Shown one piece after another: positions 27,961 to 37,274 of a DNA stretch of 64,000 nt. The stretch is taken from the NCBI GenBank assembly GCA_045106895.1, contig JBGCFM010000092.1, positions 1 to 64,000 on the forward strand, given 5' to 3'. A program made the position numbers and the translations under genes. Source of the DNA: Polyangiales bacterium. Its GTDB lineage: Bacteria > Myxococcota_A > Polyangia > Polyangiales > Houyiibacteriaceae. Every line of letters starts with the position of its first letter. Position 1 is the stretch's first letter. The notes under the pieces are model-generated. The model made no database searches, was not told the origin of the DNA, and worked only from the letters and a program-made list of their open reading frames with translations.

Positions 27961-29883
27961 CTAGGAGGTGCTTGGAACTTCACGCGGCCGGGGCTGAAAG
28001 ATGGAGCCCTTGCGCTTCTCTTTCGCTTCAGCGCGCTTCTCGGCGTAGCTAGGAATCACGATTTGCTCCGGTGGCGGAAGCGGTTGGTCTCCGAGAATCG
28101 CCTCGATCTCAGGTCTGCCGATTGTCTCGCGCTCAAGGAGCGCATCGGCGATGGCGTCGAGCTTGCTCCGGTTCGTCTCGATCATGTCTCGAGCGCGCGT
28201 GTACTCCTCAGTGATGATCCGCCGAACCTCAGCGTCGATCTCCTGAGCAATGTGCTCCGAGTACTCCTTGTGCTGCGTCGAGCCGAGGAAACCGCTCTCT
28301 TCTTTGACCACGTACGCCATCGGCCCGAGCTTGTCGCTCATGCCCCACTCCGTCACCATCGAACGGGCTCGGCCGGTTGCTTTCTTGAAGTCATCGGCGG
28401 CGCCCGTCGTGAGCTGTCCAAAGACCACCTCTTCAGCGATACGACCAGCGAGCATCATGGCGATTTGGTCAAGAAGCCACGCACGCGACACGCTCAGGCG
28501 ATCTTCAGCAGGCAAGGACATGGTCATGCCCAAGGCGGGCCCTCGAGGAATGATGGTGACCTTGTGAATCGGATCATGGTTCACCATGAGGCTGCCAACG
28601 AGAGCGTGTCCGGCTTCGTGGTAGGCCGTTGTCCGCTTCTCTTTCTCGCTGATGACCATCGAGCGTCGCTCGCTGCCCATCAACACCTTGTCCTTGGCCA
28701 TCTCGAAATCGGACATCGAGACGAAGTCCTTGTCTTGTCGAGCCGCCAAAAGAGCCGCCTCATTGACGAGGTTCTCAAGGTCTGCGCCATTGAAGCCCGG
28801 TGAACCGCGCGCAATGATCTCGAGGTCGACATCGGGCGCCAGAGGCACCTTGCGAGTGTGAACACCCAGGATGCCCGCGCGACCCTTGAGGTCGGGCCGA
28901 GGAACAATGATGCGGCGGTCAAAGCGACCGGGTCGAAGGATCGCTGGGTCCAAGACATCGGGGCGGTTCGTAGCCGCGATGATGATGACGCCGTCTGTGG
29001 ACTCAAAACCGTCCATCTCCACAAGGAGTTGGTTGAGGGTCTGCTCACGCTCATCGTGTCCACCGCCCATGCCGCTACCTCGGTGCCGGCCCACAGCGTC
29101 GATCTCATCGATGAAGATGATGCACGGAGCATGCTTCTTCCCCTGTTCGAACAAGTCCCGAACGCGGGAAGCGCCGACGCCGACGAACATCTCCACAAAG
29201 TCTGAGCCGCTGATGCTGAAGAACGGCACCTCGGCTTCGCCGGCGATGGCGCGCGCGAGGAGCGTTTTACCGGTGCCCGGAGAGCCCATGAGGAGCACGC
29301 CCTTCGGAATACGGCCGCCGAGACGTTGGAACTTCTTCGCGTCCTTCAGGAACGCGATGATCTCTTCGCAATCATCTTTGGCTTCATCGATCCCCGCGAC
29401 GTCTGCGAAGGTCACGCGATTCTGAGACTCATTCAGAAGTCGCGCGCGCGACTTGCCAAAGCTCATCGCTTTGCCACCGGACGCCTGCATCTGTCGCATC
29501 AAGAAGAAGAAGATCACGACGAGGAAGATCATCGGGAGCCACACCGTCAAGATGGTGGCGAGGAAGTCGTTCTCATCTTCGGGCTCGTAGTCGACGCGCA
29601 CGTTGTGCGTTCGAAGCAGGTCCTCGATGCGGTCACTTGAACGACCGACCGTGCGCTTCTGCTCTGCTGCGGCGCCCTCACCGGCCAACACGTAGTCGAA
29701 CTGCGAGCTGTTTTCCGTGGGCGTGATCGTGACGCGGTCCACGACGCCAGCCGCGATGTCCGTTTCAAATTGACTGAACGCCACACTCTGCGCGCTCTCG
29801 TCCTGCTGAACGAGTTGCCAGATAGCAACGAACATGAGGATCAGGCAGACCCAGAGTAGGAGAGTTCTATGACTTGACTTCAC
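27961..29883 (-). CDS. ftsH: ATP-dependent zinc metalloprotease FtsH
   Basis: Two TMs, [34 protein letters not shown] and HEAGH. Probable GTG start at 29883. Confidence 0.97.
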   Translation of the reverse strand: MKSSHRTLLLWVCLILMFVAIWQLVQQDESAQSVAFSQFETDIAAGVVDRVTITPTENSSQFDYVLAGEGAAAEQKRTVGRSSDRIEDLLRTHNVRVDYEPEDENDFLATILTVWLPMIFLVVIFFFLMRQMQASGGKAMSFGKSRARLLNESQNRVTFADVAGIDEAKDDCEEIIAFLKDAKKFQRLGGRIPKGVLLMGSPGTGKTLLARAIAGEAEVPFFSISGSDFVEMFVGVGASRVRDLFEQGKKHAPCIIFIDEIDAVGRHRGSGMGGGHDEREQTLNQLLVEMDGFESTDGVIIIAATNRPDVLDPAILRPGRFDRRIIVPRPDLKGRAGILGVHTRKVPLAPDVDLEIIARGSPGFNGADLENLVNEAALLAARQDKDFVSMSDFEMAKDKVLMGSERRSMVISEKEKRTTAYHEAGHALVGSLMVNHDPIHKVTIIPRGPALGMTMSLPAEDRLSVSRAWLLDQIAMMLAGRIAEEVVFGQLTTGAADDFKKATGRARSMVTEWGMSDKLGPMAYVVKEESGFLGSTQHKEYSEHIAQEIDAEVRRIITEEYTRARDMIETNRSKLDAIADALLERETIGRPEIEAILGDQPLPPPEQIVIPSYAEKRAEAKEKRKGSIFQPRPREVPSTS

Positions 29884-30075
29884 ATCTAGCTTTCGTCGGT
29901 TCGTCTCGCCTGCAGAGGAGATGCTGGGGAGACGCAAAAGGCAGCCAAGAAGGCCACCCCAATACCCTGGTCACGGAGCGTGCCATTGTCGAGCCCTCGC
30001 CCTATTTTCGGCTCCATCCTGGCCTTTCGGTGAGCTTCTCGCAAGCCCTCTCACTCCGCCTCACGGCCGGATGAG

Positions 30076-31017
30076 CTAACCCGAGCGACCTGACCAATCG
30101 CCTTTTTCGAAGTGGAGCACACCGTCCCGAGGTGATGCTCGCCATCCGCCCCCAAGCAACACCTCGCCCGTTCGTGAGAGCACACAGCGCTCGAGATCCT
30201 CGAGATGTCGGCGGCGGACACCTTTGCCCAGCTTTCCTTCCGCCAGACGGCGGATCGCCACACGGCGCACGGCGCTCGGTGCGTGAGCGAGTGAATCGAG
30301 TTCAGGGCCAAGCGCGCTTGCGAGGGACTCCAACACCTCATGAGCTTCTCGCGCGTCATCAGCGAGCTCTGCGAGGTGCACGCTGAGTTTTGGGTCTTCG
30401 GACTCAAACGTGGCCAATGCACGTCGAATTCGTACCCTCTCAAAGCGCTCCAGCTCGTTGCTGGGGTCCTCAACCCAGGACGCTCCCTTGGCACAGAGGT
30501 AGGCGCGAAGCGCGTCGCGGCGAACGTCGATGAGTGGGCGAACCACACCATCATCACGCTGGGGTTGAACCCCGCCGAGTCCCCGAAGCCCAGCGCCGCG
30601 GAGAATTCGCCCCATCACGGTCTCGGCCTGGTCGTCCAATGTGTGTCCCAAAGCGACGAACGCCCCGGTTTCCTTCGCGAGAGCGTGCAGGGATGCATAG
30701 CGGGCTTCTCGGCCGCGGGCCTGGACGTTGGCCCCTTCCGCGAGTTCAAGCTTGATGGGTGTGAACGGTAGACCGAGCCGAGCGGCTTCGACGCCAACCA
30801 TACGAACCTCGTCGGCGGACTCCAGTCGCAACCCATGGTCCACACTGGCAACCCGGAGCGTCAGGGCAAGACGCGGCGCTAGCTCCGACAGGAGGTGCAT
30901 CAGGGCGACGCTATCGCCCCCGCCGCTCACGGCGATGACGATTTCTGCTCCGCGCCCCCAAAGACAACGCCGACGAATCGTTCCGAGAACGAGCGCCGGC
31001 AGGGAAAGGTCGGTCAT
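30076..31017 (-). CDS. tilS: tRNA(Ile)-lysidine synthetase
   Basis: AVSGGGDS, VDHGLR, REARY, GHTLDDQAET, RPL and EDPSN. Confidence 0.95.
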   Translation of the reverse strand: MTDLSLPALVLGTIRRRCLWGRGAEIVIAVSGGGDSVALMHLLSELAPRLALTLRVASVDHGLRLESADEVRMVGVEAARLGLPFTPIKLELAEGANVQARGREARYASLHALAKETGAFVALGHTLDDQAETVMGRILRGAGLRGLGGVQPQRDDGVVRPLIDVRRDALRAYLCAKGASWVEDPSNELERFERVRIRRALATFESEDPKLSVHLAELADDAREAHEVLESLASALGPELDSLAHAPSAVRRVAIRRLAEGKLGKGVRRRHLEDLERCVLSRTGEVLLGGGWRASPRDGVLHFEKGDWSGRSG

Positions 31018-31062
31018 TCGAAGGCGAGCGTGTCTGGACTTACCAAACGCTCTCCTAAGCGA

Positions 31063-31716
31063 CTAGAATGCGCCGCTGAAGACAGCGAGTCGAAGCTCGT
31101 TTGCCTGGTTGCCACCGAAGCGGCTGAGCTCTTCTTGCGTGAACGTTGGGACGAGTTCGACGTTCGGAACGCCCACGAGCACTCCGGCTTCGCCGATTCG
31201 AAGCAAGCCACCGCCAGCGCGAGCGACACGAGCACGATGGAGAGCGGCGGTTTCTGTCTCAACCTCGGCAGGAGGCTCGGACACGGTGCCTTCTTCTTCG
31301 TCGGACAGTTCATCGTCGGCGACTTCGTCACCATCGCTGCCCCCGTCGTCCTCGTCCTCTGGATCGTACGCGGTCAAGGAGAGCGTGAGCACAAGCGCCG
31401 GAACTACCAAGGCAAGCCCGGTGACGAGCATCGCGACGCCGACCTTTGGCTTTTCGTTGTTGTCGATGAGGAAGTGCCCTGCGATGGCTCCGCCTGCGGC
31501 GCCAACCAGCGGGAACGTGACAAGAGCCCAGGTGTCATCGAGGCCAGCCGCCGCGGGGATCACGAGACCCAGTTCCGCACCGATCAAGCCGAGGCCAATG
31601 AGGCCTTTTGGGGAAGAAGTCACTTCCTGGGGTACCGGGTCCTGTGCAAACGCGCCTGAAGGAGCAAAAGCTCCGAGGGCCACGCAAAAAGCCAAAACAC
31701 CAGCAAACCGCATCAT
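31063..31716 (-). CDS. Exported/membrane hypothetical protein
   Basis: Signal peptide (AFA), three Gly-rich hydrophobic segments, acidic linker and C-terminal Phe. Confidence 0.7.
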   Translation of the reverse strand: MMRFAGVLAFCVALGAFAPSGAFAQDPVPQEVTSSPKGLIGLGLIGAELGLVIPAAAGLDDTWALVTFPLVGAAGGAIAGHFLIDNNEKPKVGVAMLVTGLALVVPALVLTLSLTAYDPEDEDDGGSDGDEVADDELSDEEEGTVSEPPAEVETETAALHRARVARAGGGLLRIGEAGVLVGVPNVELVPTFTQEELSRFGGNQANELRLAVFSGAF

Positions 31717-31845
31717 TTTATCACATCGAAGCAAAGGAACCCCTCCGTAGCGCCGCACACTACACGGGCCCGGTCTTTCCAGCAACCAGACCGCAAACAG
31801 CGCGCACGTCGTGTCTGTTGCGTGAACGGCGGAAATATTCGCGGC

Positions 31846-33555
31846 CTAAGCCTCCACAGGCATTTCTGGGGTTTCGGAGAAGAGATGCCGGACGGAAAGC
31901 TCCAAGTTTTCACCCCCGCGCCAATGATCGGGGCGAAGAGTCCCAACCACCGTGACCCGGTCGCCGAGGGCCTCAAGGCGGTGCGCCAGATTCGCGCCGA
32001 ACGCAGAAACGTAGCGATCGCCGACCCTCAAGCGGAGCTTCAGATGCTGACCGCCCGAGAGAGTTCGTGCCTCGGTGATGTGAGCGTCTCGAAGGGCAAA
32101 CACGGGTTCAGCGTTCCCTTCCCCCATCGGCTCAAGCCGCATCAAGTCACGAACGGAAGGAAGCGGAAAACGCCCATCGAGTTCGATATCCACCAAAGGC
32201 AACGCAACACCGGCCTCGGGTCGAGGTGCGACGGCCGAAAACGCCTCCCGAAAAGCCGGAATCTTGTCCGTCTCCATGGTGAGGCCCGCAGCCGCCTGGT
32301 GGCCGCCAAAACGAAGGAAGTGCTCCTTGCACTTCGACAGGGCGGTGTAGAGGTCAAAGCCGTCGGGCGTGCGTCCGCTTCCATGGCCGTTCTCGTCCAA
32401 TGCGATGACCACGGCGGGGACATCGAAATGGTCCACGATTCGCGCCGCGGTGATTCCGACGACACCGCGGTGCCACCCCTTCGCCGCCACCACGACGCCG
32501 TGCGTGGGCTGAGACCCGTAGAGTTCCTCGACCTGCGCGAAAGCTTCGTCCGTGGTCTTCTTCGTAGCCGCCTTTCGCTCGTTGTTGAGCGACTCGATCT
32601 CCTCAGCGCAGGCGTGGGCCTCTTGGAGGGTTCGGGCACGAAGCAGCTTGAGGGTGACGGTGGGGTCGCCGAGGCGCCCCGCTGCATTCAAGCGTGGAGC
32701 CAGCCTGAAAGCGATCTCCGTCGCCCCCATCGCGTTTCCTGCTCGAAGCCCCGCCTTCGCCCGAAGTGCTTGAACCCCCGGACGTGCCTTGTCGCTCGCG
32801 AGAAGCCTGAGGCCTGCGCGCACCAACGCGCGATTGTCGCCATCGAGCGGCGCAACATCGGCGACGGTGCCAAGGGCAACGAGGTCGAGCCATCGCCGAA
32901 CATCCAGCTTTGCGCCGAGCACCTGGCGAACCGCCGCGCCGAGGGAGAGAGCGAGGCCAGCGGAGCAAAGGCCCTTGTAAGGGAAGCCGCATTCGGGCCG
33001 GTGGGGGTTGAGAAAGGAGTGCGCGGGGAGCGTCTCTTTCGGGACCAAATGGTGGTCCACGACGATGACGGGAACGCCCGAGTCCGCCGATCGCTGGATT
33101 CTTGGGTGGTCTGAGCTTCCGCAATCGCAGGTGATGATGAGGTCGGGTTTCACCGCGAGGCATCGATCCAGAGCCGGACCACTGAAGCCATATCCGCCCT
33201 GAAAACGATTCGCGACGAAGGCATGAACCTCCGCGCCTAGCTCTTCCAGAATGTCGGCGAGGATCGCCGCGCTGGTGGTCCCATCGACGTCGTAGTCGCC
33301 GAAGATCGAGATGCGCTGACCCTTGCGACAGGCCTCTGCAAGTCGCTCCGCAGCCTTCATGCGGTCCGCCATCGCGTCCGGCGCGGTTAGACGAGCTAGC
33401 TTCGGATCCAGCCACTCGAGTGCACCTGCCTCGCGCTCCTCCCAGCCACGCTGGAGAAGAATCTGCGCCGTCGCAGGGCCCAGGTCCCAAGCGCGACCGA
33501 ACTCTGCGGCGCGCATCGGATCCATCGTTTTCACTCGGTATCCGGGATTCGCCAT
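31846..33555 (-). CDS. recJ: Single-stranded DNA exonuclease RecJ
   Basis: GDYDVDG, GYG, DCG, DHH, LGTVADV, PRLNAAGRL, GSGR and FGGH..AAG. Confidence 0.96.
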   Translation of the reverse strand: MANPGYRVKTMDPMRAAEFGRAWDLGPATAQILLQRGWEEREAGALEWLDPKLARLTAPDAMADRMKAAERLAEACRKGQRISIFGDYDVDGTTSAAILADILEELGAEVHAFVANRFQGGYGFSGPALDRCLAVKPDLIITCDCGSSDHPRIQRSADSGVPVIVVDHHLVPKETLPAHSFLNPHRPECGFPYKGLCSAGLALSLGAAVRQVLGAKLDVRRWLDLVALGTVADVAPLDGDNRALVRAGLRLLASDKARPGVQALRAKAGLRAGNAMGATEIAFRLAPRLNAAGRLGDPTVTLKLLRARTLQEAHACAEEIESLNNERKAATKKTTDEAFAQVEELYGSQPTHGVVVAAKGWHRGVVGITAARIVDHFDVPAVVIALDENGHGSGRTPDGFDLYTALSKCKEHFLRFGGHQAAAGLTMETDKIPAFREAFSAVAPRPEAGVALPLVDIELDGRFPLPSVRDLMRLEPMGEGNAEPVFALRDAHITEARTLSGGQHLKLRLRVGDRYVSAFGANLAHRLEALGDRVTVVGTLRPDHWRGGENLELSVRHLFSETPEMPVEA

Positions 33556-33593
33556 CTCACAAACCTAGGCCCGCGCTGTGACTCCGTCGAAGC

Positions 33594-33625
33594 AAAAAGG
33601 CTCAAACGCAGAGCGTTTGAGCCTT
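33594..33625 (-). terminator. Intrinsic terminator after secF
   Basis: 13-bp stem AAGGCTCAAACGC/GCGTTTGAGCCTT running into a T tract on the minus strand. Confidence 0.75.
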
Positions 33626-33657
33626 CGAGCATCAAAACAGAGGTGTTTCTGTTCGGT

Positions 33658-34791
33658 CTACGCAGCCTTCTGGAAGAATCGGCGATCCATCCACTCCGTC
33701 ACGGGAGCCGCGATGTAGATGGACGAGTACGTGCCGATGAGAATGCCGCAGAAGAGCGCGAAGGCGATGTCCTGAATCACCGAGGTGCCCCAGATGAAGA
33801 ATGCCGTCACGGAAAGCAGCGTCGTCGCAGAGGTCACGATGGTTCGGGAGAGCATCTGTGACGTCGACCGGTTGATGATCTCGCGCATGGAGAGGTCCCG
33901 GTACCGACCCATGTTCTCTCGAATACGGTCGTAAACAACAATCGTGTCATTGATGGAGTAACCTAAGATGGTCAGCAAAGCTGCCACCGTCGTAAGGTTC
34001 ACCTCCTTCTGCACAACGACGTAGATGCCCAGGGTGATAACCGCATCGTGGAACATGGCGATGACGCCACCCGGAGCGAAGCGAAGGTCGAAGCGGAACG
34101 CGACGTAGACCATGATGAACGCGATGGCGTAGAGGAGCGACTTGACGGCTGCGTCACGAAGCTGCTCGCCGGCCTTGGGTCCAACCCACTCTGCACGCTC
34201 TGGGGAACCAGGGCCGCGCTCGCCAAGCTCCGACTGGAGCTGGGAGACGAGCTCGTCGGCCACACCGATGAGCTGAATCTCAAGGCGGACATCGTCACTG
34301 CCAGGAAGTGCGTTGATTTCGCCACGAACCTCAGCACCTGCCGTTTCGATCACTTCACGAAGGGAAGCGAGGTCAGGCTGGGTTCCAAGGCGAAGCGTGA
34401 TCTTGTCGCCACCAGGAGAAAGCTTGAACTCTCGGAGATTGTCCTCACCCACGTTTGCGGTGACGGCAGCTTCAAGAGACTCGGCCTGCTCTTCGGGGAG
34501 CGCGCTGACCTCGCGAACGCGGATCATGTACGTGTTGTCCGCGCCTTCGACGCGAACAACGTCGGAGCCTTCGTAGCCGAGAGAGTCGAGGGTCCCGCGA
34601 ATCTCGCCGGAGTCGATGTCGCCGCCGAAGGCGAGCTGAAGCTCCGTACCGCCGGCGAAGTCGATGCCGTAGTTCGGCCCGGGGGCGAAGAGGCTGACGA
34701 GGGAAAGAACGACAAGAAGGAGGGAAGCGCTGACAACAGGCTTCCTCAACTTCATGAAGTCGATGGTCTTATTGGGATTGACGAGTTCCAT
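33658..34791 (-). CDS. secF: Protein translocase subunit SecF
   Basis: GIDFAGGT, VGPKAG, FHD, GYSINDTIVVYDRIRE, SRT and GTYSSIYIA. Confidence 0.97.
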   Translation of the reverse strand: MELVNPNKTIDFMKLRKPVVSASLLLVVLSLVSLFAPGPNYGIDFAGGTELQLAFGGDIDSGEIRGTLDSLGYEGSDVVRVEGADNTYMIRVREVSALPEEQAESLEAAVTANVGEDNLREFKLSPGGDKITLRLGTQPDLASLREVIETAGAEVRGEINALPGSDDVRLEIQLIGVADELVSQLQSELGERGPGSPERAEWVGPKAGEQLRDAAVKSLLYAIAFIMVYVAFRFDLRFAPGGVIAMFHDAVITLGIYVVVQKEVNLTTVAALLTILGYSINDTIVVYDRIRENMGRYRDLSMREIINRSTSQMLSRTIVTSATTLLSVTAFFIWGTSVIQDIAFALFCGILIGTYSSIYIAAPVTEWMDRRFFQKAA

Positions 34792-34794
34792 GAT

Positions 34795-36669
34795 TCACCC
34801 AACTCGCAATCGTTCGACCTTGAGACCGCGGACGACCCAATCGAACATGACTTTGGAGCAGAAGATTCCTGTGAAGAGCGATGTGACGATGCCGATCATC
34901 AGCATGACAGCGAAGCCCTTGATGGGGCCGGTACCGTACTGGAAGAGAACGACACCTGCGATGAACGTGGTGAGCTGACTATCGAAGACAGACCAGAACG
35001 CCCGTTTGAATCCTTGGTCGACGGCAGAACGCGTTGACTTGCCTTGCCTGAGCTCTTCTCGAATGCGCTCGGTGATGAGCACGTTCGCATCCACCGCCAT
35101 GCCCACCGTGAGTGCGATAGCCGCTACCCCCGGGAGCGTCAGCGTCGCTTCAAGAGCGGCCATGATGGAAAGGAGGAAAAGAAGATTGAGCGTCACCATG
35201 ACGTCAGCGATGAGACCAGCGACCTGGTAGTAGAACGCCATGAAGACCAGAACGAGGAAGACGCCAATGACGGCTCCCTTAGCGCCCTGCTGAACGCTGT
35301 CGCGTCCAAGCGTCGGTCCAATGAGCTGCTCGTTCGCGGGGCGAAGAGGCGCGGGAAGAGCGCCAGCGCGAAGCACGACGACAAGCTCGTTGGCGTCTGC
35401 GAGGAGCGCGTTGTAGTCGCTCATGTTGCCAAGGGTGATCTGACAACGACCGCCGCCGATACGCGTCTGAATGACCGGAGCCGATTCTGCGACGTCATCG
35501 AGGACGATGGCCATTCGGCGCTTCACGTTGCGACCGGTCATGTCCTCGAACTTCGAGGCGCCAGCGCTGTTGAACTGAATCGACACAACGGGGCGGTTGC
35601 CTTCGTTCGGGTCGAAGCTGACCAGAGCATCTTCAACGTCTTCACCGGTCACATCCGTGGTGCGGTAGACGTAGTAGGTGCGCCACGCTTCTTCGTCGTT
35701 TTCGCGCTCGGTCTCGTCATCCGCGGCGTCGAGTCGGCTCATGATGACCTGGTGGTCTTCAGGAACCTCAAGGCTCTCGATGAACGCCTTCAAGCGCTGT
35801 CGAACGCCGACACAGTCGTCGTCGTTTGCAGCGCAGGGCTCACCGCGCGCGATAAGGAAAGGAACAGCGACGTTGGGCCGAGCCTCACCAGCGGACGCAC
35901 GCTCAATGGAGCGTTCGATGTTGGCGGCGTCGAGCTGCTCTTGCGGGATATCGCCGAGGAAGCTGGCTTCATCGTCGAGCACCTTGAACTCAAGACGAGC
36001 GGTGCGCGCGATAATGTCGCGGATGCGGTTGAAGTCCTCTTCCGTCGCGCCGGGAACCTCAACGATGATGTCGGACTCGCGTCCCATGACCGTCGCTTCC
36101 TTGATGCCGAGAGCGTCGACACGGTCGCTGATGGTGCGAACCGCCTGTTCAACAGCGCGCTGACGAAGCTCCTCGAGGCGATCCTCGCGCATCGTCAGGT
36201 TGATGCTGAGTCCGTCGTCGCCGGAGCGCCGAAGGTCAGGGAACTTCTCGCGAAGCCACTGGTTGTCGAAGACGTCCTTGTCGGAGGCCTCGACAAACAC
36301 GAGGCGCACGCCACGTCGGCCGACGCGCTGAACGGTGACGCGAGCGCCCACGTCACGAAGCTGCTCTCGCGTGATGGAGTCGATCTCGTCGTTGTCGTAG
36401 ACACCCAGAAGCGCGCCGAGCTCTCGAACCATCTGCTCGGAGTAGCGGTCGCGACGGTCACGGATGTACTCGTCGACCTCAACCTCGTACATGAGGCGAA
36501 GACCGCCCTGAATGTCGAGGCCGGGACTGATTCGTCCTGGGAAGACCGATTGGACCCATTCAGGAGCAGGGGCTGCGCCCACCGACTCCATGCTGGGCCA
36601 GAGCGCGAGGGAGGCCGCGACAATCGCGAGCACCACGGCGCTAAGGCGTAAGTAGAAAGAGCGATCCAT
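34795..36669 (-). CDS. secD: Protein translocase subunit SecD
   Basis: GLDIQGG, RVDALG, AIVLD, LRAGALPAP, GMAVDANVLITERIREE and GTGPIKGFA. Confidence 0.97.
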   Translation of the reverse strand: MDRSFYLRLSAVVLAIVAASLALWPSMESVGAAPAPEWVQSVFPGRISPGLDIQGGLRLMYEVEVDEYIRDRRDRYSEQMVRELGALLGVYDNDEIDSITREQLRDVGARVTVQRVGRRGVRLVFVEASDKDVFDNQWLREKFPDLRRSGDDGLSINLTMREDRLEELRQRAVEQAVRTISDRVDALGIKEATVMGRESDIIVEVPGATEEDFNRIRDIIARTARLEFKVLDDEASFLGDIPQEQLDAANIERSIERASAGEARPNVAVPFLIARGEPCAANDDDCVGVRQRLKAFIESLEVPEDHQVIMSRLDAADDETERENDEEAWRTYYVYRTTDVTGEDVEDALVSFDPNEGNRPVVSIQFNSAGASKFEDMTGRNVKRRMAIVLDDVAESAPVIQTRIGGGRCQITLGNMSDYNALLADANELVVVLRAGALPAPLRPANEQLIGPTLGRDSVQQGAKGAVIGVFLVLVFMAFYYQVAGLIADVMVTLNLLFLLSIMAALEATLTLPGVAAIALTVGMAVDANVLITERIREELRQGKSTRSAVDQGFKRAFWSVFDSQLTTFIAGVVLFQYGTGPIKGFAVMLMIGIVTSLFTGIFCSKVMFDWVVRGLKVERLRVG

Positions 36670-36674
36670 CGAAA

Positions 36675-37100
36675 CTAGTCCTTCTTGCCTGCGTCTGTGC
36701 GTGGCATCGCGTCACTCGGAGCATCGGGCCCCGAAATATGTGAGCGAAGCACGTTGAGCTTAATCTTCTCGGCCACTTTGAGAGTTACTTCCCGTTCATC
36801 GAGGGAGAGAATCTCTCCGCGAATGCCGCCAGTGGTGCGCACGATGTCCCCTTTTTTCAACCCCTTGAGAATCTCTTCTTGGGCTTTGGCCTGTTTTCTC
36901 TGTGGAGAGATGATGAGGAACCAAAAGATGGCGAACATCGCCGCCAAATACCCATAAGTCATCATGCCGCCGCCGCCGCCAGCGCAGCCCAGTGGGCCAT
37001 CTGGTGCTGCGGCACCCGCAGCTGCGGGCGCGTCCGATGCAGGTGGTGGCTGAAGCCACAGAAGCAGCTCCAGAAGACTCGTCAGGAGGTTGGCGTACAC
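36675..37100 (-). CDS. yajC: Preprotein translocase subunit YajC
   Basis: FWFLIISPQRK..LKKGDIVRTTGGIRG, upstream of secD. Probable GTG start near 37100. Confidence 0.92.
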   Translation of the reverse strand: MYANLLTSLLELLLWLQPPPASDAPAAAGAAAPDGPLGCAGGGGGMMTYGYLAAMFAIFWFLIISPQRKQAKAQEEILKGLKKGDIVRTTGGIRGEILSLDEREVTLKVAEKIKLNVLRSHISGPDAPSDAMPRTDAGKKD

Positions 37101-37274
37101 GAAAGCACCGGCAATCAAGTAAAAACGGGCAAAAAGTAGGGTAGATACCCAGAGGCGGGGATACCTACTCCATGCCCCTAGGCGCGTCAACCGTGGCATT
37201 CTCCGTGGGTGAGCGCCTCAAATCCGCCCAAAGCCGTTTCGTCCGCCAGCGCGCGCCATGAAAGCGTTGCGATT

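Noticed and set aside
34048..36651. Long plus-strand ORFs opposite secD/secF
   Set aside because: Antisense shadows of strongly conserved genes.
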